From Saccostrea echinata (lineage: Eukaryota), in the NCBI RefSeq assembly GCF_033153115.1, contig NW_026889778.1:5828001-5892000 (forward strand): a stretch of DNA of 64,000 nt. The letters run 5' to 3'. The notes below the pieces were generated by a model that was not told the DNA's origin, ran no database searches, and saw only the letters and a program-made list of their open reading frames with translations. Both the position numbers and the translations under genes were made by a program. Every line of letters starts with the position of its first letter. Within the stretch, counting starts at the first letter, position 1. Below, piece by piece: positions 24,069 to 37,135 of this stretch.

Positions 24069-24459
24069 TTAAGGAATGTTTTTCAGTTTTGTGTGAGTTA
24101 TTGGTGTGTAAATCACACAGACTTGTCACGTTGGCATATTTCATGAAGCGCGCTAGCTTCATGAAAAATATGCCTACGTGCAAGTCTGTGTGATTTACAC
24201 ACCAATAATTCACACTAAACTTAAAAACATTCCTTATATTTACATTTTACAAGTTCAAAAGCAACAATATTATGCTCAATATTTGAATTTCTTGCTGCCC
24301 TATATCGTTACATTTTTATTAACGTCTCTGTAGCCTCATTGTGACGTCACTTTACCGCGAGTTTCACCGTGTATATTTCTACGCGTGAGTATACACAAAA
24401 ATGAACTTCAAATCAATTTCACAGTTGGCTTAGTAGAAAAACATAGCAAATGTAAATAT
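24069..24459. mobile_element. TSD-less hairpin element with internal end-complementary region
   Basis: Absent from the paralogous site at ~46777 (GTGAACAA|CATATTATAAA). ~80-bp-arm hairpin. Internal AAACATTCCTTATATTTACATTT is the reverse complement of the right end joined to the left end. Confidence 0.75.
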
Positions 24460-25411
24460 TATATTATAAATTTAAAACAAAACAATATAGATAGAAAGGA
24501 TTAAAAGTAAAATCAACAGCTTGCTTTGTTATTATCAAATAAGAAGTACTCATTCTTGGGTAATTTTCTACTTTTGAAAAGGTAGTTTGTTAAAATGACG
24601 TATTTGAGTAAATTTTTTAATAAACAATAAGTGATAATTTATTTCAATAGAAACATTAGCAAAACATCTGCTAAAGAATATCAATTTCTTTTACAAGGTC
24701 TAAGAAATTCTGTTCTGTGTTGTTTGTTAGAAACATGAATATTTGAAAGGACAAATAAGTCTAGTATGGATGTCATGGAGTGATCTACATGTTATCTAAC
24801 CAATATATCCTGACAACAACTATATGAAATCTGATACATGTACTTCCGGTTTGACAAAGATAACAATAACAAAACTGAAAGTAAAATCATAGTCTACGTA
24901 ATATTGGGGTGGTTAAAGAACAGTTTAGCTGATTAAGGTATATTTTCTGATTTACCATATCTTTCTTAGATCAATATGTATTATAACATTTTAAAAGAAA
25001 TGTACTTTTCATTTTACACCTTACATACAAACTATGTACACTAGAAATTAGCCATCCCAACAATATATAAGTAGATAGATAAATAAATAAACAAATAAAT
25101 AAATGAATAAGAATACAATTTGGAAAAATAAAACAAACAAATTTCCCTCGAGCACATAAAAAAAGAAGATATTTCAGCTCTCATTTTCATAAAGGCGGAT
25201 GTAAGATTTTTTTCTAGGGGAAAATAAAATTTGATTCAAAAAGGTTTTTGATAAGCAAATGGGCACCCTATGTGGAGTCATTTTAGTCACTTGATTATTT
25301 AAATTCAATAACGCTGAAAATCATTCAGAGAGATTTCTCCAGACCCCTGACTCCTCCCTCCCCTCCAATCTGGATTTAATACTGATTATTTTAATGTTCA
25401 AAACTACATCA

Positions 25412-26675
25412 TCGGTCAGGGTAAAATAGTGGTGGGGCGTTTGCTTCGTGATCGGGAGGCCGGGGCTTAATTCTCGTTCGCCGCGCCGCGTCAAACCTAG
25501 GACGTAAACAAAAGTAGTGACTGTTCCCTCGCCAAGCGCCCGGCTTAAGGAGGGATTCTTGTCTGGTTTTTGACTAAATGAAATATTCAAAGTATATTTG
25601 CTTATAGGTCTTATATAGTTAATTGTAAGGGATTTAAAAGATCATATTTTTCTTTCCTCCTCATAATTATACAACTTTAAATAGGAATGTTAAACTGAGC
25701 TTGAAATCTAGCAGGGGACTATATTTTTGGCGGTACGATGGCGTATGAAAATATCTCCTTTTCTGCTTCTCAAAATTACTACAGAACAATGAAATTAGTT
25801 AAATTTTTTAAACAATCAAAGGCTTAAAAAAATTCTACTGTAACTAAAATTGATAATAGTCGTAAGTTATAAAATATATCAAATAGATATGATTTTCCAA
25901 TCAAACTACAATCTTGTTAGCTTTTAAAAACTTCCAATCTAAATACAGATTTGAGCAAAAAATGAGTAAAAAGTGTTTTTTTCTCTTTAAGTAAACGGTC
26001 CAATTTTTTGTTTTTGTATCGTTTTGTATCTTTATAGTACTACTTTACCATATGTGAAAATAAGAAAAATTTAAATATTAGAAGCATATAATAATGAATA
26101 ATATTCCCTAAAAATCTAAGAAAAATTGAGAAAATTTGGATTAGCTAATATCTATTTCCATTAAATTATTTATGTCAATTTGGTAGTATCTTCTGAGAGA
26201 CCCTATATGGTAACGCCTTTTAACGCAAAAAGATAAACAATTTATCTTTTGAAATAGAAGAAGGCATCACATGATTTTCAATAGTAATATTTTATTCATA
26301 ATGTCAAAGAAAAAGATAATGACCTTGACCTGACCTTGCTTCTAAAATAAAACGGTCAAATTTAATATAATTGATACCATCACTTAGTGATATTGTCTTT
26401 TAGAATCTACGAAAATTTCATTAATATTTAAATATAAGAAATATGAGAAGAATCCCTCCTTAAGAAGTGAAAGTCACGGGTCTTTCGGACGAGGCCTTAA
26501 AAACAGAGGTCCCTGTCAAGGTAGGCGTTGGCACGATAAAGAACCCTCACTGCTCAATGGCTCTGAGTGCCGAGTGTAGGCCTAATTTTGAAGCCCTTCA
26601 TTGGCATACGATGACGTCTCTATATGAGTGAAAAATTCTCGAATTGGACGTTACATAACACAATCATCCAACCAA
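25412..26675 (+). mobile_element. tRNA-derived SINE (Meta/Deu-domain type), interrupted by a Kolobok-like element; uninterrupted paralog ~47733-48028
   Basis: Degenerate A/B-box head and the conserved core GGCACGATAAAGAACCCTCACTGCTCAATGG; (CAAC/CAAT)-like tail. Confidence 0.6.
25549..26459. mobile_element. Kolobok-like non-autonomous DNA transposon
   Basis: TIR GGAGGGATTCTT / AAGAATCCCTCC; TTAA TSD (25545-25548, 26460-26463). Empty site CGGCTTAAGAATTG in the duplicate at ~47846. Confidence 0.85.
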
Positions 26676-27080
26676 CGAATTAATTAAAATTACATCAGCT
26701 GAACGTTAACAAAATGAGAAAGATATAACAAACATCTTAAATGACAAAAAAGAAATCTATCTGATATGTTCAATTTTATTTCTCTTTATTTTTTCTCATT
26801 ATCACTGACAGTGATCACTCCCTGAACTCTGAATTTCATAATCTGTCATGGTTGACATTTCTTTTCTTGTGCTACTCCGTAGTAAAATGTTTTATAACTT
26901 AATCTTAAGTTTCTGATGTTTGCATTAAATGTATAATCATGATGACCCTTATATAACCTTGACCAGTTGTTCCAGAATTTCTAAAAATAAATTATCGTAA
27001 TTTAGATACATTATGCTTCATAACAATTTCCTGTAAAACAATTTATTTACAGATTGAAGTTTCAAAAAACAAGCAAGAGA

Positions 27081-28736
27081 ATGGCTACAGATACTTCGAT
27101 TTCTTGTGCTCAGAAAGTCATCACATGTGACCTTTGTGACAACCCTATCCAGCATTTTTGCAACAGGTGTCAAGTCAGTTTATGCGAAGAATGTATTAAC
27201 AAACATGTAAGGAACCAGAAGTCACTAACCCATGAAATCGCTCCTTTCAAGGAGGGAAATATACAGATTGTTTTTTCAGAGTGCAAATTTCACCCTAACC
27301 AGAGATGTGAGGCCCAATGCCAACAGTGTGATGTCCCTGTGTGCATGATATGTGTCACCACTTCCCATAATGGACACAAAGTGAGGGATATAACAAACAT
27401 ATTCAATGACAAGAAAAAGGAAATCCAGGAGGAAATTCACGAAATCGAATCCAGTATTCTTCCCAGATTTACGAAGAAAAATGAAGATACAGATACAGAG
27501 ATAGCCAAATTTGTGAATAAATATATTGAACTTGAGAAAGAATTAGAGAATCAAAGACAATTTTGGCACCAAGAAGTGGACATCATCTTCAATAAACTGA
27601 GCTCTATGATCCAATCCATGAAAGATGACCACATGGCTGTACTGAAATTACACCAAACCAAACTCAAAAACCTGATTGCAGACATGATCGAAACAGTTGA
27701 ACAAAACAAGAAGATGCTGAAGTCCAATAAAGTGTCTCAAGTCAACAACTTCAAACCGAAAGTGGAAGAGTACAGAGACATTCCTGAAGTCACTGACGTT
27801 TTGATTCCTTTATTGAAAACCAACACAGTTCAAGGGAGAGATCTCAGTATTGAGCTAGGTGAAAGGAAGGCTACACTGGCACAAACATCTACGAAAGAGT
27901 TATTAGACAAAGCCAAAGTTATTGCCACATTTTCTACTGGAATTAAACCAATATTTAGAGTAGTTTGTGTTGGAGCTGATAAGTCTTGGGTAAGTGAAAA
28001 AGGAAGAACTATAAGATGTGTTGACATTCATGGATCTGTACATGATACTGTCACACCAACATTAAACTCTTCTGATGATAGCCCAAAACCTAAAGAGGAA
28101 GAACTGATATGTATATCAGTGAACCGAAATGGAGAACTCATGTACAGTGATTATAACAATAGAACTGTTAACATTTACAGACATGAGAGGACAGAGATTA
28201 TGATTACCTCACCAAATGATTGGAATCCAGCAGGATTGACTAGTACTAAATCAGGGGACATACTGGTTAATCTGTATAATGGAGACCAAAATAAGATTGT
28301 CCGTTATCAGGGACAGAAAGTGGTGAATGAAATATTTAAAGATGAAAATGAAAAACCAATTTATGGAAGTGGTAAATATATGCTGTTTGTTGAAGAGAAC
28401 AACAATGAAGATATTTGTGTCTCTGATCGTAATGCGGACACAGTGGTAGTGGTGGACAAAACAGGAAGAGTCCGATTCCGATTCGATGGTACACCAGCCA
28501 AAAGGAAGGAAACATTTGATCCTAATGAGCTAGTGACGGACTCATTGAGTCAGATCATTGTTACAGATTGGAGAAATAACTGTCTACATATTCTGGATCA
28601 AGATGGCCAGTTCCTGAAATGTGTGGATAATTGTGATTTATCCAACCCTCGTGGACTGAGTTTGGACAATGAGGGGAGGTTGTGGGTGGGATTATATGGA
28701 AAAGGAGAAGTGAAGGTGATCGAGTATACGAAATAG
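27081..28736 (+). CDS. TRIM-like B-box/B-box/coiled-coil/NHL-repeat protein, copy A2 (551 aa, no RING)
   Basis: CDLC..FCNRC..LCEEC..H; CKFH..RCEAQCQQCDVPVCMIC..H..H; heptad region; C-terminal propeller repeats (DICVSD, QIIVTDW, HILDQDGQFL, PRGLSLD..GRLWVG). Single coding exon after the acceptor at 27052; first ATG at 27081. Confidence 0.9.
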   Translation: MATDTSISCAQKVITCDLCDNPIQHFCNRCQVSLCEECINKHVRNQKSLTHEIAPFKEGNIQIVFSECKFHPNQRCEAQCQQCDVPVCMICVTTSHNGHKVRDITNIFNDKKKEIQEEIHEIESSILPRFTKKNEDTDTEIAKFVNKYIELEKELENQRQFWHQEVDIIFNKLSSMIQSMKDDHMAVLKLHQTKLKNLIADMIETVEQNKKMLKSNKVSQVNNFKPKVEEYRDIPEVTDVLIPLLKTNTVQGRDLSIELGERKATLAQTSTKELLDKAKVIATFSTGIKPIFRVVCVGADKSWVSEKGRTIRCVDIHGSVHDTVTPTLNSSDDSPKPKEEELICISVNRNGELMYSDYNNRTVNIYRHERTEIMITSPNDWNPAGLTSTKSGDILVNLYNGDQNKIVRYQGQKVVNEIFKDENEKPIYGSGKYMLFVEENNNEDICVSDRNADTVVVVDKTGRVRFRFDGTPAKRKETFDPNELVTDSLSQIIVTDWRNNCLHILDQDGQFLKCVDNCDLSNPRGLSLDNEGRLWVGLYGKGEVKVIEYTK

Positions 28737-28848
28737 ACATATATCAGTAAAATAATAAACTTGTCATAATCGGACTGTGGACAACTTGTGTTCTTTGGAT
28801 TTTTTCTGAATTTTACGACGATCATTTCAATTTACATTATGATTATAT

Positions 28849-29010
28849 ATACAGTTAAAACTGCCATAGCGACCAACTGTAATAAGCGACTCACTGTCAT
28901 ATGTGACCGTAAGAATTCCTCCCAACGCTTTTCCCTATACATTATACCTGTATTAAACGACCACCTGTCTAACGCGACCAGCGACCGTGATTTTCCTGAC
29001 CATTTTTAGC
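28849..29010 (+). mobile_element. Left end of a Tc1/mariner(pogo)-like element, truncated
   Basis: TA-CAGTTAAAACTGCCATAGCGACC with repeated (G/A)CGACC motifs; starts where homology with duplicate unit B ends. No matching right end was found. Confidence 0.4.
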
Positions 29011-31124
29011 CGGGCTCATTCCTCGAAGAGCAATAGCCGGCTTTTGTTACGGTGTTCAACCGGAAATGCTGCTTCCTCACCGCCAAATCAAATACGAGTA
29101 AGAATATAGTACGTATGCTCAACCACCTTTGAAGCAATACAAACACTAAAATAAACAAATTTAAGTTAACTACAAAATTCTCTAAACCCAAAAACATTAA
29201 TGGTAATATACTTTCTCCCCTCTTCTTTAATTAAGTATTTGTTCAAAATATGCGAAAGGTTTTCATCAAGTCTCTGTCAACGTCACATTCTATAAATAAA
29301 GAACCTTTCGTTATCAGGCTAACACTAATGCGGGGAGCACGTGACCCGATGTGCACCTTAATGCAAAACTCCCCGCTGAGGACCCGTCTGTGTATAAACG
29401 TTTGACCTTGCCGTATCAATGTTTATTTACTTCTGTAAGTGATGTTAGACCCCGAAACGATATATGTGATAAATTGTTTACGCTGTTAAATTCAAACTGC
29501 ATTTTATTTAATTTTTTAAACATTTTTCTTATTTATACTATATACCATAAATATATTTTTGCGTTACATATTCTTCCAGTGTCTTGTTGTTATTCATCTG
29601 TTCTTACAATGTATGTTTCATGTAAAACGGATTTGTTCACTTTTCTGTATATGAGCCCGGCTCTCAGTACTTCTGAGTACTTTGATTTGTAATTTCAGGC
29701 AATTTGGTCTGTCAGCTAACATCCGCAACTGTACTCGGCAGTGCTGGTACCGGACATCCATGACTGTACCTGCTCACTAATATCAAAAACGGAATGTCAG
29801 AGCAAGATTTTCCGGATTGTTCAACATATTAAACTATAGGTTGTTGATTAAGTATGGATTGTTTTTTAATGAAAAATACGAAATGTGTTAATATGGAGGA
29901 AAGAAAATTTCTGATTTTAAATAAATCTACTTTATGGAAGGCTGTAATCGCCAAAACGGTAACGATAACTGGCTTAGTGAATATTAATATATCGCGGAAA
30001 ATATATGTAAACTTGACTATGCCTACATTTTGTATATCTATGACTGTATCCTCTGCCTGGTATACAACATCTGCGACTGTACCTGTGCCGTACATACACA
30101 CTACCACTTGCTCAACCCGCGCTTGATTAATAACATCCATAACAAAAAATTCTGTGGATTTTCTCCGATTCAGATTTAAACTGAATTCAATCAAAGCGCA
30201 ATTAACGCTAATCTTTATATTACCCATGACAGTGATACCGAGACAAACGATGTCAGCAGTGATTAGGGAAAGATCCAAAACTTTTACAATTTAAAGCTTT
30301 ATGTTCAGAGAACAATATGAACCAGGTCTTTATTTATTTTTTTTGGGGGGGGGGGGGGGGGGGGCTAGGGGCATGATTTCAATATCCTAAGTGCTCAATA
30401 ATAATGATGAATTTAAAAATGAAACATGCTAGTATAATTATAGAAAATATACGAGTAAATAATAAACAAAGTAAAATAAAAAAGGAAATTAAAATAAATA
30501 TCGGAATTAATTTGTAATCCTTAATTTTATGTTAGAAAGTATAAGTACGTCACAATATTATTAATTTCACCCATTTCATTGATCACGCAAGTGGTGTCAA
30601 TGAAAAACACAGGTTTTATTTCCCATAAATATACATTTGTATGTCTTACGATATATACGGGTGGAATGGACTGATCCACCCGTTTTCAATGTGTTATATA
30701 TAAACCTCTCAAGTGCACCCCAGGAAGTAGCCTCCTATGCCCTGAAAAAGAATAGTTCCTGACAAAACACCTTTATTTATTTACAAAGTACATAAAATTT
30801 ACTAGGCACAGGCATCAAAGTAATAAAAATAGGCTGGAAGAACCCCCCCCCCCCCCCAAAAAAAATCTCAAAAGAAATAAAAATTAATTTTTTATGCATG
30901 GAACAATTAACATATTGACTGGTCGATAACCGTGGTGTGATACCTGAAATATGCAGGGTATGGTATTAAAATAATTGATCATATTAAAGGAAATTTATGC
31001 TAAAATTATCGATAACATCCAAAGTAAATATTTGTATAAGTAAATATTTTTATTAGATCCACCTCTCTAAGATTCTGCTGTACTGTCCAGACAACTCTAG
31101 AAATTTTACACCATGACTGTACCG

Positions 31125-33330
31125 GTGTCTGATTGACAACATCCACGACTGTAGCTGTCCAGTACACACACTTAATTCTACATCCCTGACTGTACTTGTG
31201 CCTTATAAACAACATCCCTGACTGTACCTGTGCCTTATAAATAACATCCATGACTGTATCTGTCCAGTACACACACTTTATTCTACATCCATGACTGTAC
31301 CTGTGCCTTATAAATAACATCCACGACTGTACCTGTCCAGTACACACACTTTATTCTACATCCATGACTGTACTTGTGCCTTATAAACAACATCCCTGAC
31401 TGTACCTGTGCCTTATAAATTACATCCATGACTGTATCTGTCCAGTACACACACTTTATTCTACATCCATGACTGTACCTGTGTCTTATAAACAACATCC
31501 CTGACTGTACCTGTGCAGTATACACATCTAACTCTACATCCCTGACTGTACCTGTGCCTTATAAACAACATCCATGACTGTACCTGTGTCTTATACACAA
31601 CATCCACGACTGTACCTGTGCCTTATAAACAACATCCCTGACTGTACCTGTGCCTTATAAACAACATCCACGACTGTACCTGTCCAGTACACACACTTTA
31701 TTCTACATCCATGATTGTACTTGTGCCTTATAAACAACATCCCTGACTGTACCTGTGCCTTATAAATAACATCCATGACTGTATCTGTCCAGTACACACA
31801 CTTTATTCTACATCCATGACTGTACCTGTGTTTTATAAACAACATCCCTGACTGTACCTGTGCAGTATACACATCTAACTCTACATCCCTGACTGTACCT
31901 GTGCCTTATAAACAACATCCATGACTGTACCTGTGTCTTATACACAACATCCACGACTGTACCTGTGCCTTATAAACAACATCCCTGACTGTACCTGTGC
32001 CTTATAAACAACATCCACGACTGTACCTGTCCAGTACACACACTTTATTCTACATCCATGACTGTACTTGTGCCTTATAAACAACATCCCTGACTGTACC
32101 TGTGCCTTATAAATAACATCCATGACTGTATCTGTCCAGTACACACACTTTATTCTACATCCATGACTGTACCTGTGTCTTATAAACAACATCCCTGACT
32201 GTACCTGTGCAGTATACACATCTAACTCTACATCCCTGACTGTACCTGTGCCTTATAAACAACATCCATGACTGTACCTGTGTCTTATACACAACATCCA
32301 CGACTGTACCCGTGCCTTATAAACAACATCCATGGCTGTACCTGTGCCTTATAAACAACATCCACGTCTGTACCTGTGCAGTACACACACTTTATTCTAC
32401 ATCCAACACTGTACTTGTGCCTTATAAACAACATCCCTGACTGTACCTGTGCAGTATACGCATCTAACTCTACATCCCTGACTGTACCTGTGCCTTATAG
32501 ACAACATCCATGACTGTACCTGTGTCTTATAAACAACATCCGCAACTGTACCTGTGCCTTATAAACAACATCCATGACTGTACCTGTGCTTTATAAACAA
32601 CATCCACGACTGTACCTGTGCAGTACACACACTTTATTCTACATCCAACACAGTACTCGTGCCTTATAAACAACATCCCTGATTGTACCTGTGCAGTATA
32701 CACATCTAACTCTACATCCCTGACTGTACCTGTGCCTTATAAACAACATCCACAACTGTACCTGTCCAGTACACACACTTTATTCTACATCCATGACTGT
32801 ACCTGTGCCTTATAAACAACATCCATGACTGTACCTGTGCAGTAAAGTATACACATCTAACTTTACATCCCTGACTGTACCTGTGCCTTATAAACAAAAT
32901 CCACGACTGTACCTGTGCATATATACATACTTTATTCTACATCCCTGACTGTACCCGTGCCTTATAAACAACATCCACGACTGTACCTGTCCAGTACACA
33001 CACTTTATTCTACATCCATGACTGTGCCTGTGCCTTATAAACAACATCCCTGACTGTACCTGTGCAGTATACACATCTAACTCTACATCCATGACTGTAC
33101 CTGTGCCTTATAAACAACATCCACGACTGTACCTGTGCATATATACAAACTTTATTCCACATCCCTGACTGTACCCGTGCCTTATAAACAACATCCACGA
33201 CTGTACCTGTCCAGTACACACACTTTATTCTACATCCATGACTGAATCTGTGCCTTATAAACAACATCCACAACTGTACCTGTGTATGACACACACACTA
33301 CATCTATGACTGTACCTATGCCTTATAATC
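31125..33330 (+). repeat. Minisatellite of interleaved 32-bp and 41-bp units (core ACATCCHYGACTGTACCTGT)
   Basis: Units read directly; a 347-bp higher-order block repeats (31591 vs 31938). Confidence 0.95.
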
Positions 33331-34021
33331 AAGATTTACACACAATAAACTTCTCAGGGTTTAAGAGGTACGTATTGTATACTGTATTTGGACCATCCTA
33401 CCATAAAAAACAACAATATTTAAACAATTTTATTTCACTCACAAATTTTGATCTTTAAGTGTGTCATTGACTCTTAAAATTTGACCATGAAAACCAATTA
33501 GAATCAAGTTCGAGACACGAATAATCATTAGTGTACAGGTGGAAAACTCAAAGCTATAAGTCAACTCATAGCCAATTACTATTATTAATTTTAATTAATT
33601 TTAATAAACATTTGTCGTATACGTTTGACGTATAATCAGTTGTAAACTATGATAATAATACCCCGCAACTTTGGGATTGGCACAGAAGAAGGTGTAAAAC
33701 TGTTTTCATAGTTGAAAACATTTTAGGATGGAATATTGCATTTTATCGTGTTAACAAAGAAAGACCTATTGAAAATAATTATTGCAGTACATGTAATACT
33801 ACATGTATCTACACTTCACAATTCAATGTTTAAATGGCATTCAAAAGAATTAAGAAATAAGCCAATGATGAAACATGACATAAACAGGAGAGGAAAATGA
33901 GGAAAAAGTTGGATTTTTTTTTTCATGTGCTTAAGAGCCCTCTATACACTGCACACTAAAGACTTCTAATTTTGTGGTATATTTATGCAAAAAGAGTAAT
34001 TAATCTGCCCTTTCATCAAGA

Positions 34022-34892
34022 ACAAGCATTCTGAGAGTATTGCATTAGTAATACTAGTCCCCTACCGGAAAGTGTAATCTGGTTCCCGTTAAAAATTGAA
34101 AATGCCATAATTCCGTCAAAAAATCAATGAAGCGGAACGAAATAAAAACTTCATCTATAACTCATCATGGTAAAGTCACATACCAAAAATCAGCTCAATA
34201 TCTGCAAGCGTTTAGAAAATAATTGCGGAAAACCCTGAAAAAATGAAAAGGTCGTAATTCCGTCAAAAAGTACTGAAGCGTAACGAAATGCAAACTTGAT
34301 CTGTAACTCGTCAAGATACACTCACATGCCGAAAATCAGCTCAATATCTGCAAGCGTTTAGAAAAAAGTGCGGAAAAACTTAGTGGGACAGACTGACAGA
34401 CAGACAGACCGACCGACGTCCCCTCCGGTTTCTATAAACAACTAATAAAATAAATTAAAACCGGAGGGGACGATAGGTTTCCTCTGAGTCTGTCCGTCCG
34501 TCCGTCTGTCCGCCTAGCTGTCCCTCTGTCACTCTGTCCCACTTGGTTTTCCGCATTTTTTTCTAAACACTTGCAGATAAGCTGATTTTGATATGTTAGT
34601 GTGTATTGATGAGTTAAAGATCAATTTTTTAATTTCTTTCCGCTTCATTGATTTTTGAGGGAATTACAACCTTTTTAATTTTTAAGGGTTTTCCACACTT
34701 TTTTTAAAAACGTTTGCAGATATTGAGCGTTGATGTTTGGTATGTCAGTGTATCTTGATGAGTTATAGATCAAGTTTGCATTATGTTCCGCTTCAATGAT
34801 TTTTTGACAGAATTACAGCATTTTCAATTTTTAATGGGAACCAGATTACACTTTCCGGTAGGGGACTAGTATTGCTAATGCAGAAGGCTTGT
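34022..34892. mobile_element. Two HINE/Helentron-like elements joined head-to-head, forming an ~870 bp palindrome
   Basis: TGCATTAG..ACTAGTCCCCTACCGGAAAG at left and its complement at right; (GACA/GTCC)n microsatellites beside the centre. Confidence 0.6.
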
Positions 34893-35821
34893 CTCAATAG
34901 CTTTAATACGCATGCTTGAATAAACCATATGATAGCAAGAATGATAGTAAAATTCTGCCATCTATCGCAGAGTTAATTTAAAAAGTTAACATATTGGAAA
35001 GATCTGTTCATATTTATATACCGAATATTTATGTGAATTTTATCAGAAAACATAACTTATTTGGGAAAACAAAGAGAGATAAGTTTATAATTTTGGTAAA
35101 ACTTCATCTCTATAGAAATCAACGGAAAATATTTTTATCCCCCCCCCCTCACTGAAACAACAATTCCTTTTTCAAGTATTATGAATTGTTATTTCACAAC
35201 TTCAAATTTATACCAATTGTTTTTTGTTTCAGGAGAGTGAGTTATTTGGGGGTAGGGGTGGGGGGTGGGGGTGGGTGAGGGTGTAGAACATATGTTTACA
35301 GACTAAAAGCAGCAAAAATAGTCATTTTATTGCCAATGAATCTAATATGTCAGTTGACTTTTACATAAGTTAAACATACGGAGAGAGTTGATGGTTATTT
35401 ATCCATTTCCATGAGTATTTGAAAATCTGGTTCACTCTTTATGTTTAAAGCCCGATTTAAATTTATAAAATTGTCTAACCCTTCCCCCTCTTTATGAGAA
35501 GAGTTTTAAATGAGCAGTTAACTTTTTGACACTGGTTTTAAAATAATTAATCCATTACTTATAAACTCTTCTACAATAATAATAAAACTTGGCAGAAGTT
35601 GTGAAGGCGTGGATGGCGTATATCGAAAGAAGGAGTATTTCCTCTTAAAAACAAAAGTCTAAATCCCACGCTTTCTTGCAGGCATATCATTCAATTTTTT
35701 TTGACGGGGTGGGGGTTGCATTGGGGGTGGGGGTTCGGGTCACAAACGAAAAAGAACAAACTTTAAGTAGAGCCTTGAATAACTTTTCTTGGATGTTGTT
35801 AATAAAACAATATGGAAGTAC

Positions 35822-37135
35822 ATGTAGAATAATGTGTGTGTACTGGACAGGTACAGTCGTGGATGTTGTTTATAAGACACAGGTACAGTCAGGGATGTAG
35901 AATTAGATGTGTATACTGCACAGGTACAGTCGTGGATGTTGTTTATAAGGCACAAGTACAGTCATGGATGTAGAATAAAGTGTGTGTACTGGACAGGTAC
36001 AGTCGTGGATGTTGTTTATAAGACACAGGTACAGTCAGGGATGTAGAATAAAGTGTGTGTACTGCACAGGTACAGTCGTGGATGTTGTTTATAAGGCACA
36101 GGTACAGTCAGGGATGTAGAATTAGATGTGTATACTGCACAGGTACAGTCAGGGATGTTGTTTATAAGGCACAGGTACAGTCAGGGATGTAGAATTAGAT
36201 GTGTATACTGCACAGGTACAGTCGTGGATGTTGTTTATAAGCACAGGTACAGTCATGGATGTAGAGTAAAATGTGTATACTGCACAGGTACAGTCGTGGA
36301 TGTTGTTTATAAGACACAGGTACAGTCGTGGATGTTGTGTATAAGACACAGGTACAGTCATGGATGTTGTTTATAAGGCACAGGTACAGTCATGGATGTT
36401 GTTTATAAGGCACAGGTACAGTCAGGGATGTTGTTTATAAGCACTGGTACAGTCATGGATGTAGAATAAAGTGTGTGTACTGAACAGGTACAGTCATGGA
36501 TGTTGTTTATAAGGCACAGGTACAGTCAGGGATGTAGAATAAAGTGTATGTACTGGACAAGTACAGTCATGGATGTTGTTTATAAGGCACAGGTACAGTC
36601 ATGGATGTTGTTTATAAGGCACAGGTACAGTCAGGGATGTTGTTTATAAGGCACAGGTACATTCATGGATGTTGTTTATAAGCACTGGTACAGTCATGGG
36701 TGTAGAATAAAGTGTGTGTACTGGACAGGTACAGTCATGGATGTTGTTTATAAGGCACAGATACAGTCATGGATGTTGTTCATAAGGCACAGGTACAGTC
36801 AGGGATGTTGTTTATAAGGCACAAGTACAGTCAGGGATGTTGTTTAAAAGACACAGGTACAGTTAGGGATGTTGTTTATAAGGCACAGATACAGTCATGG
36901 ATGTTGTTTATAAGGCACAGGTACAGTCAGTGATGTTGTTTATAAGGCACAGGTACAGTCATGGATGTTATTTATAAGGCACAGGTACAGTCATGGATGT
37001 TGTTTATAAGGCACAGGTACAGTCAGGGATGTTGTTTATAAGCACTGGTACAGTCATGGATGTAGAATAAAGTGTGTGTACTGGACAGCTACAGTCGTGG
37101 ATGTTGTCAGTCACACACCGGTACAGTCATGGTGT
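35822..37135 (-). repeat. Inverted copy of the 32/41-bp minisatellite
   Basis: ACAGGTACAGTCRDGGATGT units. Confidence 0.95.

Noticed and set aside
27054-27080. TTG start for gene A2
   Set aside because: Eukaryotic gene; paralogs start at the MAT ATG (27081), and the TTG lies just after a splice acceptor.
29829-30278. 149-aa ORF and its mirror at 38165-38485
   Set aside because: Lie in the inverted-repeat arms; the frame is not conserved between arms; no recognisable domain.
31006-36376. Repetitive ORFs (MYTAQVQSGMLFIRHRYS...)
   Set aside because: Translations of the 32/41-bp minisatellite; unit lengths are not multiples of 3.
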